Shown here: piece after piece, positions 29,969 through 40,411 of the stretch | How positions within the stretch are numbered: position 1 is the first letter of the stretch | How the letters are laid out: every line of letters begins with the position of its first letter | Assembly: GCA_965208575.1 (NCBI GenBank) | Contig: CBDBOV010000005.1 | Location: 128,001 to 192,000 of the forward strand | Source of the DNA: Spirochaetia bacterium | GTDB taxonomy: Bacteria; Spirochaetota; Spirochaetia; SZUA-6; Bin103 | Length of the DNA: 64,000 nt | Direction: 5' to 3' | The notes under the pieces: model-generated | Database searches by the model: none | Seen by the model: the letters and a program-made list of their open reading frames with translations, nothing else | Told to the model about the DNA's origin: nothing | Made by a program: the position numbers and the translations under genes

Positions 29969-31147
29969 ATGTCGATAAAGAGCGTATTATTGTACTTCAC
30001 AGTCGCCACCTGGATTACACACGCAGTCATCGCGGACGATCATCAGTTCCTTTACACACCGCACAACAGTGCGGCCGTCCAAGATGGCTTGATTGTATAC
30101 TACACACAACAGCGATCCGAGCAAATCGATAGGATAACTAGACATCCGATAGACGCTGACTTTTACCTAAAGCGCCTTACGGTTAGGAGTTTCCATCACT
30201 TGACCTCGGTCGACATTGTATCCGTGATTTATGATGTTGCTAACTTCTATGGGTCTGATCGGTTAAACGAACTTGGTATCACCCGGTTGAATATCCTCTG
30301 GGGGTCTCAACAGACATCGGACGGAGTCTTCAGCTATGATGGCGGCGTGGTCGTTGAACGCGAACTTCTTGATGCGATGTTGTCGAACACAGAGCAAGTT
30401 GCGCAGATTAGAGAGTTCGCGAATGGAATCAGACGTATCGTTCCGCCTGATAGCTTCGATCCGATAGATGATCAGTTCTCAGGGGCGAACGAGAAGCTTG
30501 GGACAATACATACACTGAATGAGGAAGATGAGGATTGGTTCAGTTATCGAATAGCTCAAGGAGGATATTATGCTGTAGAGACGTTACCGGTCGAAAGCAG
30601 GCAACGGGTAGACACAGTAGTGGAGGTTCGTACCGACGATCAGACAATTGTAGACGACGATGGGAGTGACGAGTTTCTATACTCTCGCGCGTTGATAGAG
30701 GTAGTTGACAACGCGGCGGTGGTAGTGAAGGTGACCAGCTACGGTACAGCTGGGGGGTACTACGTCCTCAGTATAAGCTCCGTACCGTTGGATGAGATTC
30801 TCATAGATCCGTACGAACCGAACGACACGATTGAAACAGCAAAAGATATAGTCTCGGGATCTGAGATCACGGCGATGCTGAATTCGAATGAAGATGTCGA
30901 TTGGTTTGAAGTCCAAGGCCTAAAGAGAGGACGGACGTACGAACTTCTCATTTTTTCCGACGACTATGATACGACGGCAACTCTCTTCGTGGGAGATCGC
31001 GCTGGGCCGTCGCTTGAATTCTCTGAATTTTCGCCATCAGGGAGGTTTCAACTCGAGTCGAAGGGGCGGATTTTTTTGATGGTGGTCGGGGGATGGAGCG
31101 GCGAGTACACGATCGTTATTCAGGAGGATGACCCGCCAAGACTGTGA
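29969..31147 (+). CDS. Secreted protein with two PPC-like (pre-peptidase C-terminal) domains
   Basis: Signal peptide; DEDWF..., DTVVEV...DDDG, DPYEPND...A..I, DVDWF. Confidence 0.65.
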   Translation: MSIKSVLLYFTVATWITHAVIADDHQFLYTPHNSAAVQDGLIVYYTQQRSEQIDRITRHPIDADFYLKRLTVRSFHHLTSVDIVSVIYDVANFYGSDRLNELGITRLNILWGSQQTSDGVFSYDGGVVVERELLDAMLSNTEQVAQIREFANGIRRIVPPDSFDPIDDQFSGANEKLGTIHTLNEEDEDWFSYRIAQGGYYAVETLPVESRQRVDTVVEVRTDDQTIVDDDGSDEFLYSRALIEVVDNAAVVVKVTSYGTAGGYYVLSISSVPLDEILIDPYEPNDTIETAKDIVSGSEITAMLNSNEDVDWFEVQGLKRGRTYELLIFSDDYDTTATLFVGDRAGPSLEFSEFSPSGRFQLESKGRIFLMVVGGWSGEYTIVIQEDDPPRL

Positions 31148-31564
31148 TACCGGATGCAAAACTGGAAGCCCATCATTCTATTCTATATGGACCGAAATAG
31201 TCCGTCTCGACGACGTCGAGACTGAGAGTAGCCAGACGTTCGAGGCTGTGGTGCCGTTAGAGTTAGAGGTTGCGGGGAGGTGCGCGCCCAGCATAGGTTG
31301 GGATTAGCTGTTACGGGCAGCTTTTGCACGTTCTACACGGTGGCTGAATCACCGCATCGTTGAGCTTAGTGGAGCGGCCGCGACGCCATCCGGCGTATCC
31401 TAACTAAACGGAGATTGCACCGCACAGCCAAGCGACTGACGACAACCTAGTGGCAGTTCCCGCGACGAACGCGAACACGCCATGCAGGTCAGCCAGATAC
31501 TTTTTCGCTGGCGCCCACCACCGCGGGGAGCGAGATCGAGGTAAGCAGTGACACGCGGCCCGGG

Positions 31565-31920
31565 CGTGGTGATGGAGGAATACTCCACCACCATGACATG
31601 CCACTAGGTCCCTCATATTTCCGGTGGGTTACCTAATAGCAGCTCGTCATACTCGATGTCTGTTACTTGACGTTTCATCAACTCTTGTCCTAGTGTGATG
31701 CCGAAGATTACTTTCCCATTCGAACGCTTCAGCCGCCACTTCGTTCTCGAGAACACCTGTCGTGAAGCGTCCCAACGATTCTCCGCTGCTTTGTTCGCCC
31801 CGGCAGGCGAGGCTCGTCGCTGTTGGTGAAGGAGCGGCAACGTGTTGGACCGGCGAAGTCCTGGCGCCGACGCTGCGCATCAACGGCAAGCCGTCCAACG
31901 TGGGCCGGGGCGTTATCTCA
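31565..31920 (+). pseudogene. Degenerate second copy of the integrase 5' region and its att-like leader
   Basis: Aligns with 19266-19665 (GTGAAGCGTCCCAA..., CGCATCAACGGCAAGCCGTCCAACGTGGGCC). Confidence 0.75.
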
Positions 31921-32229
31921 CCGGGACGCTGGCGGCGCAGACGGCCGACATAAGGTCGCGCCCGGTATCGGCTTGTCATCTCGTTCGGCCGCATGGCCAG
32001 CCGTATGTTGCTCTCCGTAACTGCCGCCGCGATCGCCTGGGCGTCAACAAATCCATCCTGCTGACCAGGTCGATGCCGTGCCCAACAGTTCGTGTAGTCC
32101 CACGGAACGAGCAGATCGAGGATCCATCGAACGCGTTGACCAAGCCGGTGATGATGTCGGGGAAGGGGGGCGGGATTTCGTACCCCGCCGGCCCAGGCTG
32201 ATCCTCGCAGATTACCGGTTGGCGCGAAT

Positions 32230-33001
32230 CCGCCACCGACGGGGCTTCCCGTGTTGCCGCTGTCGCACTCTTCACGCATGCCGCCGCCAATACCCCGGCG
32301 GAACCGATCGGTGCCCGCGTCGCTCGCTTCCCGACCGCTGTCAGCGTTCCCCGTATTAACGGCGGGTCGGCTTCCGCGTTACCGGTTTCGGCTGTCAGTG
32401 CCCGCGCTCTGGTGAGCGATTCGGGCCGATATTCCCGAATTGACGTAGTTCAACTTGCGAACCCCGACAACCACAGTGCGGGAGTCATCGACAGTCCACA
32501 GGAAGTTCAGCTACCGCCCTCGGGTGATGCGACATCGATCCGCAGCATCGTCGCTCTCATGCCGACGAGCCCGTCGGTCGCCCTGGGGTCCTTCTAGGAC
32601 CCCAGGGGGCGTACTGCGGGTGACCCGCGCTTTGCTCCTTCACCTACCCGAAGCGAAAGAGCATTGTCGGTCCTCTGTGAGCGTGGCTGACGCCGTCCAG
32701 CATGCATGAAGCGAACGCGGCTACCTCACTCAATTCGGGAATTACTACCGGACAGCGGGAATCATCGCCGACGAGATCGCGGCATTCCCATCTACCAGAA
32801 TGCGGGCGTCAACACCTGCTCGGCGTTCACTCACGTTGCGGCCTGCGTATTCGCTGAATCTCCCAACGGCGATCCTTCTTCATCGGAGTGCTTCAGTCCA
32901 ATTCGTTACCTCCTTGCACCGCTCCGACTGCTTCCGGCTGGAGCGACAGTTGCCGTGCGGGGTTCGCACCCGCTGGGTTACAGCGCCTTTCCACGGCGCA
33001 C
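32230..33001 (-). mobile_element. Group II intron 5' (domain I) remnant, interrupted
   Basis: Starts GTGCGCCGTGGAAAGGCGC at 33001; typical domain I blocks (GGCCGCAACGTGAGTGAACG, GGAAGCCGACCCG); no ORF. Confidence 0.65.
32393..32814. mobile_element. 422-bp MITE with TGT...ACA ends (IS21-like)
   Basis: TGTCAGTGCCCGCGCTCTGGT vs reverse-complement end TGTTGACGCCCGCATTCTGGT; splits contiguous intron sequence; no TSD seen. Confidence 0.55.
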
Positions 33002-33323
33002 GCCAATACACGGGTCACCGCTACGGGTGGTCCAGCGTCGCCTTCCTCGGCATGCACTTCCATCAGACGTACGCTTTCGCTTCTCCCCTTGGGTTCGTGG
33101 GTCGAGCGTGTACATGTGGTGGGCTTGCGTAGGTCCGTGCTTCATGTAAGATGTAGATAATCCGCTGTTGTAACTACACAGGAGGTCTCAATTGGGGACC
33201 TTAGTACCCCATACACTGGCATGGTACCCTCCTAACCTCGCTTGGTACCCAGTTAACCAAGGCACTGAGAAGGTAGATAGGTTTAGCAACCGAGATGTTT
33301 TTGCGAGTTTTACGGAGCTACCC

Positions 33324-33353
33324 TTGACACGGATTCACGATCTGTGCTATAAA
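33324..33353 (+). promoter_or_regulatory. Near-consensus sigma70 promoter
   Basis: TTGACA-18 nt-TATAAA with TG extension. Confidence 0.55.
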
Positions 33354-33714
33354 GACTCTACCCGGCTGAAAAAGGGGCAGCCGGCCATAACCGCAAGACG
33401 TTAACAATCCACCGCGTTAATACGGTGAGAAGAAGCGCCGAAGCATGCATTCTGCCCAAGGGGAAAAATTTCTCCAAACCACTCTAAAGGCCACTAACGG
33501 CCCACGTACTATTTAACTAACGTAACTAAGTACCTAAGCGATTTATCGCGGTTAGAATAAGACGCTCCCCGCAGCGTCAATAGACCGCGCCTTATCATTC
33601 AAACGTAATAGTACGTTTCAACAATCTACTCGTAATAGACAATTTAAGCAAGTAAGAGCCGGCGTCTGTTAGATTGCCGAAAATCATACTTACCAAATCG
33701 AGGAGGTGCTTCAA

Positions 33715-33798
33715 ATGAAAATCCTCTATATGGTTGGTTGGTTCGGAAACGACTGTATAGCCATCTACGCTATCGGTCTATCCCGATCCGCTATCTAA
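33715..33798 (+). CDS. 27-aa hydrophobic peptide MKILYMVGWFGNDCIAIYAIGLSRSAI
   Basis: AGGAGGTG RBS 6 nt upstream; followed by hairpin GCCCGAACCTC...GAGGTCGGGC. Confidence 0.4.
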   Translation: MKILYMVGWFGNDCIAIYAIGLSRSAI

Positions 33799-34139
33799 GA
33801 ACCTGAATTGACACGCCCGAACCTCTATGCGGGAATGAGGTCGGGCCTCTGTCGCCATCTTACATCTGCCGCCCAGCCCCGAACCACCTCCTCACCCTCT
33901 CCCACCAAGCCACCTTTTCGGGCTCAATAGCCCTCTGTAGCCCCCTTGTTTTCCGCGTTACTAAAGAGACCCTTAGCGACTTGCTCCATTCGCGCCATAG
34001 TCGGATGGGTTTCGCCCCCGTTACGATCTGCCATTTTGTACCTCACATTTGAGTGCCCACTTGGCCCTTTATGCAAAGACCCGGTGCGGGATCGACCTGA
34101 ACGGGTGGAGCGGACAACGTGATCTGCTCGCCGCGGAGA

Positions 34140-34498
34140 GCGAGCTACGCAGACGTTGGCATGACGACGTAAAGGATACGGGACGCTGGCTGGGACGAGT
34201 GTTGCGTGGATGGTTTGACTATTACGCGGTACCTACCAGCTTTCCCTACCTGCAACAATTCGTGTGGCGTCTGCGCAGAATCTGGATACGGGTCCTCCGC
34301 CGGAGGTCCGAGAAGGACCGCTTCTCCTGGAATTGGATGCTGGCGCTCAGTAACAGGCTGTGGCCCAAGCCCCGCATTGTACACCTATGGCGACTGCACG
34401 CTTTGCCGTCAACCACCGAAAGTAGGAGCCGTATGCGTTAACGCGCACGTACGGATCTGTGCGGGGGGCGCCGGGTAAACCGACGTTCCCGCCGCGAT
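34140..34498 (+). mobile_element. Group II intron 3' remnant (maturase end, domains V-VI)
   Basis: ELRRRWH...RGWFDYYAVPT...LRRRS; GAGCCGTATGCG...CGCACGTACGGATCTGTGCGGGGGG. Confidence 0.8.
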
Positions 34499-34709
34499 AC
34501 GTGGTCGCCAAGCGCGTTTTTTTTTGAAGCAGAGCGGGATGAGGTGGTCGTTGGACGGGGCCAAGGAAATGCTCCAGCTACGCGCCTCCGTGATGAGCCG
34601 TCGCTCCTGGGACGACTACGAACGCCTGCTCCCCTCATCGCCCACACCAGAATCCGACCAGACCCAGCTCGAGGCCGCCTGACCGCTACCACTTTGGCGA
34701 AATGGACCC
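34499..34709 (+). pseudogene. ISKra4-family transposase C-terminus and terminal IR
   Basis: LKQSGMRWSLDGAKEMLQLR...EAA*, then GCTACCACTTTGGCG..GGACCC, similar to the IR ending at 27541. Confidence 0.65.
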
Positions 34710-34725
34710 CCGTGCAAAGACCCTC

Positions 34726-34754
34726 TTGACACGGAAGGGGTAATGTGCTATACG
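34726..34754 (+). promoter_or_regulatory. Second, related sigma70 promoter
   Basis: CTTGACACGGA...TGTGCTATA shared with the 33324 promoter; 17-nt spacer. Confidence 0.45.
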
Positions 34755-35170
34755 GTATCCGCGCTTCACCAAAGCTCACGGTCGCAGTAGAGGGTACTGA
34801 CGTACAAAAAGGAATCTTTGCTTGCGTCAATCGACGCGCAAAGAAGGCAAGCGGTCTTAAAACAGCGGATCACCTAATGCAAGCTGGTACATTCATTTCC
34901 GATAATCTCGACAAGCTCAGGCGTGGAGATTTTTCGCTAAATACTATCGTTCTTTAACTCTTCGCAATTTTTCATCGACGTAATTAACAAAGAGTTTTTT
35001 CTGTCTTTGGTAATGATTACCCATTCTTGTGTCTCTCGCATTACGAACAACTGGCCACGATCTTGTTTGTCCGTTTGTTCTTCTTTGGTCGCTTTCACGT
35101 TGTACCTCCCTGTGATTACACTGAGCGGATTGAGATATACTTGATAAATAGCGTTCGTTTTGTTTAGAAC

Positions 35171-36040
35171 ATGACACCAAAAGAATACGAAGTCTTTGTT
35201 GCCACGCTTACTCAAGCCGTTGCGAAGTTACAAGACCTGACTACGAATTTCCACAGCGTGGAGATACGGAAGCTTCTTCAGACCAAGTATGGACTGAAGA
35301 GAGAATTCGACATCTACTGGGAATACGAAATTGATGGTGAGAACCACAAGGCCGTAATCGAATGTAAGAATTACAAACACCGAGTCTCAGTTGATCGTGT
35401 AGACGCACTGGTAGGAAAACTGACTGATTTTCCCGGTGTGCATCCGATCTTAGCAACAACAAGAGGATTTCAATCGGGCGCACAATCAGCCGCCGAGAGC
35501 CACGGTGTGGAGCTCCTGGTAGTCAGAGAACAGAATCTATCTGATTGGACTGCTAAGGACGGCAAAGCTCTAGTTCGGAATCTTGTAATTACGGTTGAGT
35601 GTCCACCGCCGGCGGAGATACACCATTTTCTCCCTGTTCTCGATGCGTCCTGGGTGGAACGAAATACCAACATAGACACCTCACAATCGATCAAGAAGAT
35701 GCTTTGGTCTCCAAACACCTTTATAGACAATGTTGAAGATGATGACCGGTATTCACTTCAAGAACTCAGCAGCAGACTTTCTGATAAGGATGCTGGAAGA
35801 CACACTGATAACGTAGTTTTCAAGGATGCTTACTTAGTCGATCCAGAGCTTGGACGACTGAAACTTCTAAATTTCACTGTGGAGTATTCTGCTTTTTTAC
35901 CGTTGTCATCACGAATGGAGATCGATTTCGGTGAGGCGCTTGTTGGAGTGATCGAGTATTTGCAAAAAGGAACAAAGAAACTGATATTCCACGATAAGGT
36001 GAATACGGGAGATATGTGGATTTGGAATCGTGCGATTTAG
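35171..36040 (+). CDS. Mrr-like restriction endonuclease
   Basis: YEVFV, REFDI, IECKNY, V..L..K..D, GFQSGA: Mrr_cat-type motif set. Confidence 0.8.
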   Translation: MTPKEYEVFVATLTQAVAKLQDLTTNFHSVEIRKLLQTKYGLKREFDIYWEYEIDGENHKAVIECKNYKHRVSVDRVDALVGKLTDFPGVHPILATTRGFQSGAQSAAESHGVELLVVREQNLSDWTAKDGKALVRNLVITVECPPPAEIHHFLPVLDASWVERNTNIDTSQSIKKMLWSPNTFIDNVEDDDRYSLQELSSRLSDKDAGRHTDNVVFKDAYLVDPELGRLKLLNFTVEYSAFLPLSSRMEIDFGEALVGVIEYLQKGTKKLIFHDKVNTGDMWIWNRAI

Positions 36041-36129
36041 ATACTTTGTAGAGTTCCAAGAATCCACCGGTCGCGTTTGAGAAGTGGTTAACAGGGTATT
36101 CATGGGTATTCAGCGTCCAATAAGGAAAC

Positions 36130-36705
36130 ATGATGAAGTCGATTACCGATCTATATGACGAATTCGTGGCACTATACGGATATTACTTGGAAGTCCGCGA
36201 GGCGGTCCGTAAGTGGCGCGATTTCTTAACAAATCATATGCAGTCTAGAGACAAACGCTTGTTTTTTGGATCGGGAGATCCTAATCACCCGAACTCCACC
36301 TATCAATATGTTAGAACTTTCGGGTGGTTAATTGATGCATCGGATGACAACGGCACAAACGTAAGCATACACAGAAGGAGTGTAATCGCGTTTTCCTATG
36401 CTCTTTGGGAAGATCAATATAGAGGGCGTATAGCTCATGAGTGCAAACGCGCAAACAAGAATGAAATACAGAGTGATGTATTCTACGATCTAAACAAATA
36501 TCGACAAGCTATTCTGCACTCCGGCGGGAGATTGACTGCTGACCCGAGAGTTATCCGATTCTTCAATCGGGGTGAAGAAGTGTTGCTTACGGACGATCAT
36601 ATGTATGAACTGTTTTCACTGCTTGTTGGCGAACTCAATAGGATTGGACGAGAATACTATCAGCCAGATCCTCAGTTTGCGCTAGACAGACCGCTAAACG
36701 GCTAA
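36130..36705 (+). CDS. Hypothetical protein, possible HEPN RNase
   Basis: Apparently helical; upstream E (ALWED) and R-x4-H motif RQAILH followed by SGG. Confidence 0.5.
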   Translation: MMKSITDLYDEFVALYGYYLEVREAVRKWRDFLTNHMQSRDKRLFFGSGDPNHPNSTYQYVRTFGWLIDASDDNGTNVSIHRRSVIAFSYALWEDQYRGRIAHECKRANKNEIQSDVFYDLNKYRQAILHSGGRLTADPRVIRFFNRGEEVLLTDDHMYELFSLLVGELNRIGREYYQPDPQFALDRPLNG

Positions 36706-36919
36706 GCTATTGTATTAGGAGGTACCAAGCGAGGTTAGGAGGGTACTATCCGAGGTTAGGAGGGTGCCTCTATGTTATTGGGGTACTAAGGTCCCTCAAT
36801 TGATGGGAGTGTTCCACCACCGTAAGACAACGGAACTCGGCACTGCCGTGTTCGTTTCGTGTAGGGCTCTATTGGCGCTCACCCTAGCGTTCAGCTCGCC
36901 AACCACTGAGGCCACGGAG

Positions 36920-38177
36920 TCCGACGGTAAGCCCGTGGAGTTGACCTTCACGTTCTGGGGATCGGCGTTCGAACGGGAGGCGGTCGAACTGATGGTCCAA
37001 GCATTCAACGACAACCATCCCGGCATCAAGGTGCGAGGCCAGCACATCCCGGACGCCTACCACGAGAAGATCAGCACCATGGTGGCCGGCGGCACGCCGC
37101 CGGACCTGGGCTACCTGAACGAGCAGCAGGCGTTTCTGTGGGCCGAGGAGGGCGTGATCCTGGATCTGACGCCGCACTTCCGGGCGGATCCGGAGGCCAG
37201 CAACCGGTTGGCGGCCTCCTACTACAACTACGACGACGGCACGCGCACCATCGGCACCAATACGGCCGCCGAGACCATGATCCTGTACTACAACAAGAAC
37301 CTGTTCGATGAGGCCGGGTTGGACTATCCGCCCTCCCCGGCTGCGGATGCGTGGACCTGGAGCGAGTTCGTGGCGGTGGCCAGGCAGCTCACGGTCGACC
37401 GCAGCGGCAACACTGCCGACAGCGATGCGGTTCGATCCGGAGAACATCGACGTGTTCGGCATTTCGTTCCCCACCTGGTGGGCCGGCTACCTGCCGATGA
37501 TCCACAGCAACGGCGGCCAGCTTGCCAGCGACGATGGCACCGAGCTGCCGCTCAACCAGCCGGCGGCGGTGGAGGCGCTGCAGGCGATCCAGGACCTGAT
37601 CTACGTCCATCACGTGGCCCCGACGCCGGCCCAGTCCGAGGCGCTGCCCTCCGCATCGGTCATGATGCAGTCCGGCGGCGATCAACGGGCACTTGGGCGA
37701 TCCTTGGACCACAGCCAGCTCGGATTCGACTGGGGCATCGGCGTGCTGCCCTACCACCAGGAGCCGGCCACGATCCTGCTGGGCTCGCCGACGGTGATCT
37801 ACGCGGCCACCGAGCACCCCGACGAAGCGTTCACGTTCTACAAGGTCCACAACGACCCGAGCAAGGTGGATCTGTACGCGAAGGGGCTGTGGATGCCGCT
37901 GCGGACTGGAGTACTACACCAACGCGTCCAAGACCGCCGAATGGCTCGACGCCATCCCCGGAGTCTATCCGCCGGAAGCGCGCGGGGTGCTGATCGACTA
38001 CACCATGAACCACACGACGCGGTAGCCGCCGGCGTACTGGGTGAAGAACGCCAACCAGATCTTGTCGGAGGCGATCAACCCGGCGATCAGCAAGCTGTGG
38101 ACCGGCGAGGTGACCGCCCAGGAGCCGATGGGCCAGGCGGTGCGCGATGGCGCGCCGCTCATGCAGGGACGCTGGTA
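36920..38177 (+). pseudogene. Sugar ABC transporter substrate-binding protein, multiply frameshifted
   Basis: FWGS, F...HP.I.V, PD, LYYNKNLFDEAG..YP, WTWSEF; split over three frames with an internal stop. Confidence 0.8.
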
Positions 38178-38317
38178 GCCGCCGGCGCGCAGCCCTGACG
38201 GCGCGCCGGCACGTCGGGTCACGGCCGGCCATGCGGCCGCGGCCCCCGGCGGTGCGCCGTATGGACATGGCCACGGCACCGAGTAGCCGGCCGCGGTTGC
38301 CGCGTACCCGCCCCGGA

Positions 38318-39111
38318 TGCGTATTCCGGTGAAAAAAGCCACCCATTCCGGAAATAAAAAGCCACCGGGGAGTGGTCCGATCCTGAGACGGCGAGTATAG
38401 CGGGGTGGCTTTTTTGAATCAATCTGACGGAGTGCGCGAAGGGAGTTCGGAGCGGTAACGAAGTTCCGGCCAGAGTGTCCGCGGGTGGCCTGTCGAGAGG
38501 AGGCCTGGCAGACCACGGTGGCGGAGGGAACCGCATCGACGGTGCCCCGGAACGGTGTGTGAGCGCCGCGTCATAGGGCGGAGAGTGCCCACGTCGCCGA
38601 TGGAGCGCCGACGCGGCGGTGCGCCCGCCGCCGCTGCTGCCGCGACCTCGACCGGGTGGTCCGGCGGCCGGCAGCGGCAGTTGGCTGGGAACAGCAGTGC
38701 GACGGATTGCCCGTGGGTGCCTCGATGCGGCCATGCGCATGCCGGAGCGGTGGAACGCGCGGAGCCCGCGGCGCTGAGAAAGCGGTGACTGCGGTCACGA
38801 TACGGATTTTCCGGGGGATGCCTGAGGAACTCTCGCAGGTTGGAGGGCCGGCAGAGAGGCCGACTCTGACGCGAGCGGCCCCGCTGACAGCCAGGCGACT
38901 GGCCTGACACCCGTGGAGGGGCCGGAATGCCGGCGAGCACCGTCGCGACGGGTGCTCATGGTGCGCGCCGCGTGGTCGGGCTCGATGACTGAGCGCGAAC
39001 TCGCCGGCAAGTAACCCGGCGGTTGAAAGCGAACCGCACCCCGGCGCAGGGTGGGCGACCGAGCGGTGGGCCGTGCGCATGGAGTTCGGCACCCGCGGCG
39101 CGGACCGGCAG
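38318..39111 (-). mobile_element. Solo IS21 right end (~790 bp), inverted near-identical copy of 52982-53775
   Basis: Begins TGCGTATTCCGGTGAAAAAAGCCACC. Confidence 0.85.
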
Positions 39112-39635
39112 CCCGAACCCCAGGAAGCTCAACGACGCCTCGCTGATCACCACCGCCCCGATGTTGATGCGGTAGATCACGATCAGCACCGGCGCGATGT
39201 TGGGCAGCAGGTGGTGCCCCAGCGTCCGCCAAGTCGCGCTCCCATGCAGATCGGAGTTCGGTGGATGGAACAGATGCCCAGTCCGGTGCTGCGTACCGCG
39301 ATAGGAAACTATGGCCATATCACGGCCTTGAAGGATGGCACCATAACCTCCCCGATGTTCGACCTGGAGCACGTCGAGGTCTCCCCCGTGCCGATGATCT
39401 TCCGCCGCATGGTGCGCGGCCTCGAGTTCGATGTCGCGGAGATGGCGCTGGCGACCTGTTTGTGTGCCTGCGGAAGATGGCGCAGACGGTCGGCGGCGAC
39501 CCCCTGCCCTACGGCTTCGAGAGTTCGCGCAAGACTCTGGAGACCTTCATACGCTACAACGTTGACCAGGGAGTGATACCGCAGACGGTCGCCCCGGAGG
39601 ACCTGTTCGTGCCGGAGACCCTGGCCCTGGTCTGA
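39106..39635. pseudogene. OppC fragment (-) followed by internally deleted dhp-like gene (+, 39265-39635)
   Basis: Match to 7515-7640, and to 59161-59365 joined to 59938-60105. Confidence 0.8.
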
Positions 39636-39681
39636 GCGAGCAATCCGGGGCGAGACCCGGTCAACCCGTTGGTACTACGTC

Positions 39682-40131
39682 TCAGACGCTCGAAGCGGGC
39701 GTCAACGCCCTATCTCCAACGATCAACCCTCGGCCAACCGCACGCAGGCCAGCCTCGATTTGGCCGATGTGCGAACGGTGACGCACGTCCAGCAGGCGGC
39801 GTACCGCAGACTGGCTTACCCCAAGCCGTCTTGCAAGCTCAACCTGGGTCACGTTCTGCCGCCGCATCGCCGTGTACAATGCGAGCTTGGCCGCCACAAC
39901 CGACGGCACTGCTACCAACTCCTGGCCGGCGACGACATCACTCGGAACGGGGATCTCGCGGCGCCCATCCACGTAGAAGCTCAGCGCGACGGCGAGCGCA
40001 TCCGTGGCCTTCTCAAGGGCTTGGGCTCGATCATCGCCACACGTCAACGCTTCGGGCACGTCGGGGAACGACACCGAGAAGCCTCCGTCGTCCAATTCCG
40101 GGGTCAGTACGCACGGGTAGGTGTACCGCAT
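39682..40131 (-). CDS. hicB: HicB-family antitoxin (copy 2)
   Basis: Nearly identical to 11552-12007. Confidence 0.9.
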   Translation of the reverse strand: MRYTYPCVLTPELDDGGFSVSFPDVPEALTCGDDRAQALEKATDALAVALSFYVDGRREIPVPSDVVAGQELVAVPSVVAAKLALYTAMRRQNVTQVELARRLGVSQSAVRRLLDVRHRSHIGQIEAGLRAVGRGLIVGDRALTPASSV

Positions 40132-40337
40132 CAGAACTCCTCCTTGCTGATCCCGAGTTGTTTGAGCATGGCATGATAGGTTCCCGTCTTCAGCTCGCCT
40201 CGGCTCACGGTCGTCTCACCGGTACCGAGGCGAAGCTTGCCGTGACTGCCCTTACCCCTGGCGGGCTCGAACTCGTAACCGAGCTGATTGCGCTTCGCGT
40301 AACGCTTTGCCCGTCTCAGGAACTCGCGATCGGTCAC
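40131..40337 (-). CDS. hicA: HicA-family toxin
   Basis: GKGSH motif; ELK.GT...MLKQLG; stop overlaps the hicB start. Confidence 0.88.
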   Translation of the reverse strand: MTDREFLRRAKRYAKRNQLGYEFEPARGKGSHGKLRLGTGETTVSRGELKTGTYHAMLKQLGISKEEF

Positions 40338-40357
40338 AGGGAGAACGTCACCGGGAG

Positions 40358-40386
40358 ATAATAGTACACAAATGTAGTAATAGCAA
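40358..40386 (-). promoter_or_regulatory. hicAB promoter with imperfect palindromic operator
   Basis: TTGCTA-17 nt-TATTAT; spacer holds TACTACA-TTTG-TGTACTA. Confidence 0.5.
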
Positions 40387-40411
40387 CCGATCAGGTCGTG
40401 TCAGTCGCACT

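Larger units (their letters stand above)
33195..36795. mobile_element. 3.6-kb non-autonomous transposon-like element with passenger genes
   Basis: Perfect 17-bp TIR GGGACCTTAGTACCCCA; inverted 26-bp subterminal repeat GTACCCTCCTAACCTCGCTTGGTACC; 7-bp TSD TCAATTG. Confidence 0.8.

Noticed and set aside
31582-31594. CTCCACCA as a tRNA/tmRNA 3' end
   Set aside because: No T-loop (GTTCGA) or cloverleaf upstream.
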